From positions 1,600,001-1,664,000 of the forward strand of contig CAVSHF010000003.1 of assembly GCA_963727805.1 (NCBI GenBank): a stretch of DNA of 64,000 nucleotides, written 5' to 3'. Below, in pieces: positions 39,692-47,477 of this stretch. Below the pieces are notes generated by a model, which was not told the DNA's origin, did not search any database, and saw only the letters and a program-made list of their open reading frames with translations. The first letter of the stretch is position 1, and the number at the start of each line of letters is the position of its first letter. The position numbers and the translations under genes were made by a program. Source of the DNA: an uncultured Nitrospiraceae bacterium. Lineage in GTDB: Bacteria; Nitrospirota; Thermodesulfovibrionia; Thermodesulfovibrionales; Dissulfurispiraceae.

Positions 39692-40363
39692 ATGGCAACC
39701 AAAGCTGTAAAAAAAGAGAGCGTCAAAGAGGAAGTCGGCAAGGCGGGATCCAGCGTCAAGGCGGGCATTATCAGCAGTCTGAAGGGGATCAACGAGATTG
39801 AGGCTGAGATCGTCAGTCTCGTCCGTAACACCGTCTCCAACGCATTGCGGGCTACAGGGTCTGTTGCAGGTGAAGGCTTGGAGATTACCAAAGATGTCAT
39901 AAAGGGCGCGATTCAGGCGACAGAAGAAGTCGGCACTGGCCTCATCCTGAGCACCAAGAACGTGGCTAAGGGAGTGGTGATGGGCGTGAGCGATGTTGGC
40001 GGAGATGTAGTCCATGTTGCTTCGCAGACGGTTAAGGGCGCTGTCAAGGGCGCTGCCGAAATCGGAGCCGATGTTGGCCTTGTTGCTAGAAGGGCCGTCG
40101 ACGGGGTTATCGAAGCAGCCAAAGAGACGGGCGGAAACGTCGAAGAGGTTGCAAAAGTCGCCGTAGGCGGAGCAATCGAAGCTGCCGGCACGATCGGCAA
40201 TACGGCTGTGAAGGCAGTCAGGGAAATGCTCGTCGGTGTGGTGGAGGGAGTCAAAGACATCGCTTCAACTGCCTTACCCAAGAGCAGGGAAACTGCCTTA
40301 GCACCTAAAAAGACCCCATCGCCCGAGGTGACATCCAAAAGAAGTCGGCGTAAAGGAGCATAA
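39692..40363 (+). CDS. Ala/Val/Gly-rich protein with tandem 22-aa amphipathic repeats (paralogue of 59011-59613)
   Basis: AAGGAGG RBS; repeats such as TGLILSTKNVAKGVVMGVSDVG / GDVVHVASQTVKGAVKGAAEIG / ADVGLVARRAVDGVIEAAKETG. Confidence 0.85.
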   Translation: MATKAVKKESVKEEVGKAGSSVKAGIISSLKGINEIEAEIVSLVRNTVSNALRATGSVAGEGLEITKDVIKGAIQATEEVGTGLILSTKNVAKGVVMGVSDVGGDVVHVASQTVKGAVKGAAEIGADVGLVARRAVDGVIEAAKETGGNVEEVAKVAVGGAIEAAGTIGNTAVKAVREMLVGVVEGVKDIASTALPKSRETALAPKKTPSPEVTSKRSRRKGA

Positions 40364-40369
40364 GAGTCA

Positions 40370-43300
40370 GTGGTCAGGGCCGTCCATTGGGCTGTAAAAG
40401 GCAGGGTTCGCTTTAAAGTGGACGGCCTCCGCCACTCCGAGGCGCTTAGGCGTCATATCGAGAGTGCTCTGTATGGCAAAGAAGAAATCACTATTCTTTC
40501 GATTAATACGGTGACCGGGAGTGTACTTGTTGCATACAACTCCGGCAATACATGGCAATCGGTAACGCCGGTTCTCGAAGGGATTGTGTCGGAATATGGA
40601 GCCGGCTCTGAGGCAGCAAAACATGTACAAAGCGGTAACGGAAAGAAAGAGGCTGATGCGCAAACAACGGGCAGACGTCTGTCTTCTTCCTCCGAAGCCC
40701 ACAATCTTCAGAGCAGGAGAAAACTCAGAAACCTCGTTGTCCATGCGGAAGATCAGCCGGAAGAGAAATGGCATAATCTCGAAGCGGATACCGTTCTTCG
40801 CCTCGTTTCTGCCGATGAAGACCTGGGCCTTTCCGATGAAGCAGCACAGCAGCGCCTAAAAAAATACGGCCCCAACATGCTTCCTGAGTCAGTGCCTCGA
40901 TCGGGGTTCAGCATCTTCATAGAGCAGTTCAAATCGTTGCCCGTAGCGCTCCTCGGAGTTGCGGCGGCAGTGTCGGTGGTTACAGGCGGTGTTGCCGATG
41001 CTATTGTCATTATGGCGGTAGTCGTAACGAATGCGGCAATAGGGTATGCAACCGAGAGCCAGTCTGAAAAGACAATCAATTCCCTGAAAAGCCTCGTAAG
41101 ACCGACCGCCTTTGTCATCAGGAACAGCAAGATACGCGAGATAGCAGCTGAAGGGGTCGTACCCGGCGATATCATCGCACTCAGGCCCGGGACATATGTG
41201 CCTGCCGACGCACGCCTCATCGATGCCAGCCGTCTCAGCATTGACGAATCGACCCTTACCGGAGAAAGTCTGCCAGTCGTGAAAAGTACTGCTGCCTTGA
41301 TCCAAGGCAATAAAGCTAACGGTAACAATGAGATCCCACTCGGCGACCGCACAAACATGGTCTATATGGGCACGATCGTCACAGGGGGTCAGGGTGCCGC
41401 TGTGGTAATCGCCACGGGGCGATATACTGAAATCGGACACATTCAGACCCTCGTCGGCTCTGCAAGGCCCCCTGAAACTCCGATGGAAAGACAGCTCGAC
41501 CGGATGGGTGGGCAACTCGTACTTATAAGCGGCGCCGTCTGCGGGATCGTTTTTCTGATCGGCCTTTTGAGGGGATACGGTTTTCTCCAGATGCTCAAGA
41601 TATCCATTTCCCTCGCTGTTGCAGCAGTTCCTGAGGGACTGCCCACAGTCGCAACGACTACGCTATCTCTCGGCATACGCAGGATGAGGAAACACAACGT
41701 ACTCATTCGCCATCTCGACGCAGTTGAGACGCTCGGTTCTGTCCAAACGATATGCATGGATAAGACAGGAACCATCACCTTGAATCGCATGTCTATTGTT
41801 GCGTTGCATACTGGGAAAAAACAGGTCCGGGTAGCCGACGGTAAGTTTTTCCATGGCTCCAAGATTCTGAATCCTTATGAATGCGACGAACTTCTGAGGC
41901 TTCTGCATATTGCCGTCCTTTGCAACGAAAGCGATGTAAGACGGTGCACCCCACAAGAACCTTGCGGGGGACCGGTTGTGGATGTGAAGGGAATGGGCCT
42001 TGCTGTTGGAATGATGCAACAGCACATGGTGAGCGGCTCGTCCACCGAAAACGCCCTTATTCATATGGCCCTCGCAGCTGGTATCGATGTCATTCAGCTC
42101 AGGAAAAAGTTTGTGATTGCTGATATCGGACACCGCGCGGAAATGCGTAATTTTATGACCACAACACATAGCGTACCCGATAACAGGAAACTTGTCGCCT
42201 TGAAGGGCAGTCCAGGCGAAGTGCTACAGATGTGCGATCGACATATCGTGGATGGCAAGATACTTCCTCTCACCGAGGACGACAGAATGAACATAGAGAT
42301 TGAAAACGAAAGAATGGCTGGAAATGCTTTGCGGGTCCTGGGCCTGGCTTATAAGCTGCTTGAAAATGAAGAGAATGATACCGATAGTCTTCAGGTGTTT
42401 ATCTGGCTCGGTCTTGTAGGAATGGCCGATCCGGTTAGAAACGGCGTCGGTGACGTCATTGAAGTTTTTCACAGGGCGGGGATCGATACCGTAATGATCA
42501 CCGGCGATCAGAGCTCTACAGCTTACGCCATCGGCAAGGAGCTGAACCTGAGCAAGGGTGAGCAGATTGAGATACTCGACTCGACCCATCTCACCGACAT
42601 AAGTCCTGAGGTACTCAAAGCCCTCTGCAAAAAAGTTCATGTATTTGCGAGAGTCAGCCCTGCTAACAAACTCCAGATCGTCCAGTCTCTGCAGTCCGCA
42701 GGTAGGGTTGTGGCAATGACAGGTGACGGCATCAATGACGGGCCAGCGCTAAAGGCTGCCGACATCGGAATAGCAATGGGGCACACTGGAACCGATGTAG
42801 CACGCGAAGTAGCAGATGTCGTTTTGGAAGACGACAATCTTGAAACGATGATCATCGCAATCAGCCAAGGCAGGACGATCTACAACAACATCAGAAAATC
42901 GGTCCATTTCCTGCTCTCAACTAATTTGAGCGAGATCATGGTCATGTTCACCTCCATTGCAGGCGGGTTGGGGCACCCGCTGAACGCTATGCAGCTCCTG
43001 TGGATCAACCTCCTTTCGGACATTGCCCCTGGCCTTGCACTGGCTCTTGAACAGCCTGAGCCCGATGTGTTGATGAGGCCACCGAGAGACCCAGGAGAAC
43101 CTATTATCAAGACATCTGATTTCAAGAGGATAGGCTTCGAGGCGGCGATGCTCTCTGTAGGCTCTATGTCAGCCTATCTTTACGGCATAACGCGTTATGG
43201 CATAGGTCCGAGGGCCAGCACAATGGCTTTTATGAGTCTCACCTTTGGCCAACTCTTTCATGCTTATAGCTGCAGATCCGAAACTCACAGCCTATTCGAC

Positions 43301-43564
43301 AAAGGGAAAATGCCGACCAATCCATATTTGAACGCAGCCATCGCCGGGTCCATGGGGCTTCAGGTACTCGCCATGGCTGTACCCGGCCTGAGGACGCTTC
43401 TTGGAATCACACCGATAGGCTTATTTGACAGCTTGGTCATCGGCGGCGGTGCAGTCTTGCCGCTCCTTGTCAATGAAGCTACCAAGTCAAAACCGAAAGA
43501 AGAGGATAAGAAGCATTCTTCTATCATCTTGCCGGACGGGCTCGTAATTGCCGACTCCGTTTAG
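40370..43564 (+). CDS. P-type ATPase of Ca2+-transporting (P2A-like) class with N-terminal HMA2-like domain
   Basis: TGES, AAVPEGLP, DKTGT, KGSPG, TGDGINDGPALK, LSTNLSE, LWINLLSD; N-terminus KGRVRFKV...INTVTGSVLVAYN. Confidence 0.92.
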   Translation: MVRAVHWAVKGRVRFKVDGLRHSEALRRHIESALYGKEEITILSINTVTGSVLVAYNSGNTWQSVTPVLEGIVSEYGAGSEAAKHVQSGNGKKEADAQTTGRRLSSSSEAHNLQSRRKLRNLVVHAEDQPEEKWHNLEADTVLRLVSADEDLGLSDEAAQQRLKKYGPNMLPESVPRSGFSIFIEQFKSLPVALLGVAAAVSVVTGGVADAIVIMAVVVTNAAIGYATESQSEKTINSLKSLVRPTAFVIRNSKIREIAAEGVVPGDIIALRPGTYVPADARLIDASRLSIDESTLTGESLPVVKSTAALIQGNKANGNNEIPLGDRTNMVYMGTIVTGGQGAAVVIATGRYTEIGHIQTLVGSARPPETPMERQLDRMGGQLVLISGAVCGIVFLIGLLRGYGFLQMLKISISLAVAAVPEGLPTVATTTLSLGIRRMRKHNVLIRHLDAVETLGSVQTICMDKTGTITLNRMSIVALHTGKKQVRVADGKFFHGSKILNPYECDELLRLLHIAVLCNESDVRRCTPQEPCGGPVVDVKGMGLAVGMMQQHMVSGSSTENALIHMALAAGIDVIQLRKKFVIADIGHRAEMRNFMTTTHSVPDNRKLVALKGSPGEVLQMCDRHIVDGKILPLTEDDRMNIEIENERMAGNALRVLGLAYKLLENEENDTDSLQVFIWLGLVGMADPVRNGVGDVIEVFHRAGIDTVMITGDQSSTAYAIGKELNLSKGEQIEILDSTHLTDISPEVLKALCKKVHVFARVSPANKLQIVQSLQSAGRVVAMTGDGINDGPALKAADIGIAMGHTGTDVAREVADVVLEDDNLETMIIAISQGRTIYNNIRKSVHFLLSTNLSEIMVMFTSIAGGLGHPLNAMQLLWINLLSDIAPGLALALEQPEPDVLMRPPRDPGEPIIKTSDFKRIGFEAAMLSVGSMSAYLYGITRYGIGPRASTMAFMSLTFGQLFHAYSCRSETHSLFDKGKMPTNPYLNAAIAGSMGLQVLAMAVPGLRTLLGITPIGLFDSLVIGGGAVLPLLVNEATKSKPKEEDKKHSSIILPDGLVIADSV

Positions 43565-43620
43565 CTTAAACTAGGGATTATGCATTAGCGATAACCGGCA
43601 CCATAAAGGAGGCGCCCCGC

Positions 43621-44805
43621 ATGAAGAAAGATTTCATGTTTACTTCTGAATCTGTGACAGAGGGACATCCCGACAAACTATGTGATCAGATTAGCGACGC
43701 CATCGTCGACCATTTTCTTCAGAAAGATCCGTTCTCAAGGGTCATTGCCGAATGCGCGGTATCGACGGCAATAGTATTCATTGCGGCCAGATTTAGTTCA
43801 GGTGATTCGGTGGACTTTCCAGGCATTGCACGTCAGGTCATCAGCCAGGTGGGATATGACCAAAATACATTCAATTCAAAGACCTGCAGCATCTTGACGA
43901 GCCTTAAAGAACTTCCTGAAGAAACAAATCGCTTCGACGAAAATGACCTAAGCGATGAAGAGATCGAGAAAATTACGGTAAAAAACCAGGTGACGGTCTT
44001 CGGTTTCGCCTGCAATCAGACGTCTGCGCTCATGCCCTTGCCGATATGGCTCGCACGGAAGCTCTCACGTAGACTTGCGTCGACACGGCTGCAGAGAATT
44101 CTCCCTTATCTTTCGCCTGACGGTAAGACACAGGTGGGGATCGAGTACCGTGACCGCAAGCCCAGGCGCATTCACAGCATTACGCTTATCGCAAGCCAGA
44201 ATATCGAAGGAACTCCCAATCTCAGGCGCCTTAGAGATGAAATGCGGGAAACCGTCATAGAACCGGCATTTCAGGATGAAGAAATAAAACCCGACAGCGC
44301 TACGAGGATATTCGTAAATCCCGACGGGCCGTTTATCATAGGCGGACCTTCAGTTCATTCGGGCCTTACCGGCAGAAAAAATGCAATCGACACCTACGGC
44401 GAATACTCCCGTCACAGCGGGGCTGCCCTGAGCGGCAAGGACCCTATGAGAATAGACAGGGTGGGAGCCTATATGGCTCGCTATGCGGCAAAGAACATCG
44501 TCGTGGCAGGCCTTGCAGACGAATGCGAGGTGCAGCTCAGCTATTCAATCGGCCTCTCCCGCCCGGTGAGCATTCAGATCGAGACTTTTGGTACCGGCCG
44601 GATTACAGATGACGAGATTGCGTCGCTCGTTGAAAGGCATTTTGACTTCCGGCTCGCCGCTATAGTGAAACAGTTCAGACTCAGGCTTCTTCCGTCAATC
44701 GTAAAGGGTGGTTTTTATCGGAAGCTCGCGGCTTACGGTCATGTTGGCCGTATGGATATTGGCTTACCCTGGGAACTGACAGATCGAGCGTCTCTCCTTA
44801 AATGA
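43621..44805 (+). CDS. Divergent methionine adenosyltransferase (MetK-fold) paralogue
   Basis: FTSESVTEGHPDK, PDGKTQV, GLTGRK, SGKDP..IDR, AAYGH.GR retained; GEIT, QSPDI and GAGDQG motifs absent. Confidence 0.85.
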   Translation: MKKDFMFTSESVTEGHPDKLCDQISDAIVDHFLQKDPFSRVIAECAVSTAIVFIAARFSSGDSVDFPGIARQVISQVGYDQNTFNSKTCSILTSLKELPEETNRFDENDLSDEEIEKITVKNQVTVFGFACNQTSALMPLPIWLARKLSRRLASTRLQRILPYLSPDGKTQVGIEYRDRKPRRIHSITLIASQNIEGTPNLRRLRDEMRETVIEPAFQDEEIKPDSATRIFVNPDGPFIIGGPSVHSGLTGRKNAIDTYGEYSRHSGAALSGKDPMRIDRVGAYMARYAAKNIVVAGLADECEVQLSYSIGLSRPVSIQIETFGTGRITDDEIASLVERHFDFRLAAIVKQFRLRLLPSIVKGGFYRKLAAYGHVGRMDIGLPWELTDRASLLK

Positions 44806-45122
44806 ATTTTGGCAAGACAAAGATGTTAAAAAAAGCTTTATCCGAACGTATAGAACCGGTCGGTTGCGTCGAGAAGACCTCTGTTCCCAACAATGCCGCA
44901 CTTAATTCCGCGCATCGCAACGCAATCAAAGCACTCGCCGATCACTTAGGGATAGCGGTCGAAGATGTCTACAGACTGTATTGCATTGTTCTCAACAGAA
45001 TTGCGAAGGAAGCGAAAATTAAAGATTATCTCCCCATTCTTGTCAGCAGAAGAGTAAGTTACCTGATCCAGAAGAAAATAAAGATGAGCCTGCGAGCTGG
45101 CAGGATGATAAACCTGTCGTAG
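44802..45122 (+). CDS. Small helical protein, DUF3562-like three-helix bundle
   Basis: AIKALADHLG...V.RLY...L.RIAKEAKIKDYLPILVSRRV; ATGA overlap with the MetK-like stop. Confidence 0.6.
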   Translation: MNFGKTKMLKKALSERIEPVGCVEKTSVPNNAALNSAHRNAIKALADHLGIAVEDVYRLYCIVLNRIAKEAKIKDYLPILVSRRVSYLIQKKIKMSLRAGRMINLS

Positions 45123-45140
45123 GACGAATGAGATTTGCTG

Positions 45141-45512
45141 CTAGATAAGCATTGCTAGCAATGCGAGGGGCGTCCCCTCAAGAACGGTACCGAGGACCGA
45201 ACCGAGGACTGACCTCCCGATAAAACTGCCCGCTTTGGAAGCCGCGCCATGAATGTATTCATCATGCGTTAATGCTTTGGACTTGTCGAAGTATCCCTTC
45301 CGGTCAAGCAGATTGACGATATCTTCATGTTTGATAACTTTATGATTGTAATTTATAAGTAGACTGCCGGTCGTCAGGTTGACGTCTACGGTAGCTATTC
45401 CGTTTATCGCACCGAGAGTCTTGCGCACCTCGTACAATGCATTTTCGTTTTTCTTTAAGATGGGGCTTTTGATCCTGAGCCGTCCTGGAACATTGTGGAT
45501 GTAATAGTTCAT
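45141..45512 (-). CDS. Cys-less HMA2-like protein with C-terminal GxxxG hydrophobic tail
   Basis: MNYYIHNVPGRLRIK...VNLTTGSLLINYN; TGATG overlap with the upstream Zn-ribbon gene. Confidence 0.75.
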   Translation of the reverse strand: MNYYIHNVPGRLRIKSPILKKNENALYEVRKTLGAINGIATVDVNLTTGSLLINYNHKVIKHEDIVNLLDRKGYFDKSKALTHDEYIHGAASKAGSFIGRSVLGSVLGTVLEGTPLALLAMLI

Positions 45513-45811
45513 CAGTTTTCCACCTTCTGAGCAATTTTTATGTATGTTCGGCACTGAGGGTAATTCGCACACCTGAATGTCAGCATATTACCACCCCTCA
45601 CATTGAGGTGAGTGTGCCCACCACAGTTGGGACAGAGGGGTTTGTTTCTAACCTCCCTCCGGATTGCGTCGGGAGTGAACTGTCGTCCGCAGATGAGGCA
45701 AAGGAATCGCTGCTTACCATTCTTAATTCTGCCGTTCTTGTAGAGAGCGCCGGAATTACACACAGGGCAGTGTAGTTCAGTTTGAGCTCCCTGTTTGCAT
45801 ACGGCTTCCAT
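45512..45811 (-). CDS. Double zinc-ribbon protein (IS1 InsA-like N-terminus + topoisomerase C4-like finger)
   Basis: CPVC...YKNG...GKQRFLCLICGRQF; CPNC...FRCANYPQC; paralogue at 63126. Confidence 0.75.
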   Translation of the reverse strand: MEAVCKQGAQTELHCPVCNSGALYKNGRIKNGKQRFLCLICGRQFTPDAIRREVRNKPLCPNCGGHTHLNVRGGNMLTFRCANYPQCRTYIKIAQKVEN

Positions 45812-45817
45812 ATGTTA

Positions 45818-45883
45818 ATTAAACCAGATACTTGTTACATCAGCATGAAGGCAATGTTACAATTGTGTTACATAACTATTAAG
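45818..45883 (-). promoter_or_regulatory. Five-unit Pho-box array and -10
   Basis: Minus strand CTTAAT-5-TGTAAC-5-TGTAAC-5-CTTCAT-5-TGTAAC-10-TTTAAT-6-ATG. Confidence 0.8.
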
Positions 45884-45945
45884 AGGCTTAAAGACGAAGA
45901 TTAAATAGGGAGAAGAAAAGTGAGGGTGAATTATAAATAGCTATA

Positions 45946-46284
45946 TCAGGCCCCGATTCCGCCTTCAAGGGAATCTATTATGACCTGTTCAGCGGCTTCA
46001 ACAACTTTTTTTGTCGTATTTTCAATAACCTCATCAGATGTTTGTGCTTCGGCTAAACGGAAATAGTCATGCTTCTCAATAATTCCGATTATCTGCTCGC
46101 AATTTATTATTTTTTCATCAAAGTAGATGACAGCGCTGCCTGTAACGATGTGAATTTCAACCTCTAAAATGCCCTTGAATCCCTTTATAAATATTTTAAA
46201 TTCTTCCCCTTTTTGGGAGTTATCATGAATCAGAGGCGTTTGAATCCTTATTCTGCCCGGCACATAATGAATATAATATTTCAT
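45946..46284 (-). CDS. Cys-less HMA2-like protein
   Basis: MKYYIHYVPGRIRIQ...HIVTGSAVIYFD; similar to 45141-45512. Confidence 0.75.
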   Translation of the reverse strand: MKYYIHYVPGRIRIQTPLIHDNSQKGEEFKIFIKGFKGILEVEIHIVTGSAVIYFDEKIINCEQIIGIIEKHDYFRLAEAQTSDEVIENTTKKVVEAAEQVIIDSLEGGIGA

Positions 46285-46427
46285 ATTTTTATTTTATCAT
46301 AATTTACACTAGTCACCCCTTGGGGTATTTAATATAAAATTGTGACGCTGAAGACGTGCATCGTAATCCGGTGATTAAATAGGATATTCTATGATAAGAT
46401 TATATGAAAGCTGAGGAGGTGAAACTC

Positions 46428-46670
46428 ATGTTCGGGGGGCTCTTCGAGCCACTTCACCTGTTTATAATTCTTATCATTGCTCTCATAGTATTCGGTCCCG
46501 GCAAGCTCCCGCAGTTGGGAGCTGGTCTCGGCAAAGGGCTGAGGGAATTAAAAAGGGTCCTGTCTCAGGGAAAAAAGACTCAGATACCGCCAGTTGAGGC
46601 AGATCATGTAAGGAACATAGTTAAAATTATCGTAAAAAAAATATACTACGTATTCTTTTTTAAAAGGTAA
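46428..46670 (+). CDS. tatA: TatA/TatE family subunit
   Basis: GAGGAGGT RBS; MFGGLFEPLHLFIILIIALIVFGPGKLPQLGAGLGKGLRELK. Confidence 0.85.
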   Translation: MFGGLFEPLHLFIILIIALIVFGPGKLPQLGAGLGKGLRELKRVLSQGKKTQIPPVEADHVRNIVKIIVKKIYYVFFFKR

Positions 46671-46716
46671 AGTATCATATCCGCTTGACGCGGAATATCA
46701 TAGCACGGAGGTTTGC

Positions 46717-47136
46717 ATGGACATATTAAGCGGACTCAAAAAGGACATCGAAGAAGGGATAAAGCAGGGTGTGGATGCTGTCAGGTCCACCGCAACTCTG
46801 GTCAAGGAAACAGCCGCAGAATTGACTGAGAAAGGCAAAACGCAGTATCACATTTACGAGCTGAAGAATAAACTACAGAAACAGTTAGCTGACCTCGGGG
46901 GAAAGCTTCACCAGCTGGCCAAGGCGAAAAAAGTGAAGGTCTCAAATCAGGACCTGACGAAGCTTCTTTCTGCAATCGACAAAACTCATGCCGCAATTAC
47001 CAAACTGGAAAGTAAGGAGCCTACCGCCGCTGCAACTTCGGAAAAGCCAGTCGCGAAAAAAGCCCTGATCAAAAAACAAAAAGCACCGGTGAAAAATAAA
47101 AGGCCGCAGAAAGAAAAAAGGGAGATGTCGAATTAA
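46717..47136 (+). CDS. Amphipathic coiled-coil protein with Lys-rich tail, unknown function
   Basis: GGAGG RBS; helical heptads; K/A/P-rich C-terminus. Confidence 0.7.
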   Translation: MDILSGLKKDIEEGIKQGVDAVRSTATLVKETAAELTEKGKTQYHIYELKNKLQKQLADLGGKLHQLAKAKKVKVSNQDLTKLLSAIDKTHAAITKLESKEPTAAATSEKPVAKKALIKKQKAPVKNKRPQKEKREMSN

Positions 47137-47175
47137 TCAATTCAGGGATATCCTTATAACTGTTTTTTTCCCCGA

Positions 47176-47209
47176 TTGTCATTATTCTGTAACAATCAGT
47201 TGCTATACT
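47176..47209 (+). promoter_or_regulatory. Near-consensus Pho box and -10
   Basis: TTGTCAT-TATT-CTGTAAC, then 10 nt, then TATACT. Confidence 0.75.
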
Positions 47210-47215
47210 ATTCAT

Positions 47216-47280
47216 GGATGTAGAGGTTCACTTCCTGTGCTTGGAGGACCGGCCCCTCCCGGTCCTCCAAGCACTCTTCC
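47216..47280 (+). ncRNA. Candidate Pho-driven small RNA
   Basis: Short segment after the promoter ending in a 15-bp perfect stem GTGCTTGGAGGACCG...CGGTCCTCCAAGCAC; next gene has its own promoter. Confidence 0.4.
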
Positions 47281-47415
47281 CGATACGCCCGTCCGAATAG
47301 ATCATTACTAATAGGCAGCTTCTGTTTTGCAAAGACCTGAAGTCGTTGATGGGGAAGCTTTGGACATGAGACGCTTAGCCTCTCGAATCCCCCGAACGTG
47401 TTCCTGATGAGGACA

Positions 47416-47470
47416 TGTCAAGTTCTTATAATATTCTCTTAACGCTAATGTAACACTCTTTATATACAAT
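47416..47470 (+). promoter_or_regulatory. Pho-box-like array and -10 for PHP-GT operon
   Basis: TGTCAA 47416, TATAAT 47427, CTTAAC 47438, TGTAAC 47449; TACAAT 47465; ATG 47478. Confidence 0.7.
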
Positions 47471-47477
47471 TAACTTA

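Noticed and set aside
43621..44805. Plain metK annotation
   Set aside because: The GAGDQG signature and methionine-contact residues are missing, so the symbol is withheld.
45512..45811. IS1 element
   Set aside because: No InsB/DDE frame or terminal inverted repeats seen; it has a host-type promoter and gene coupling.
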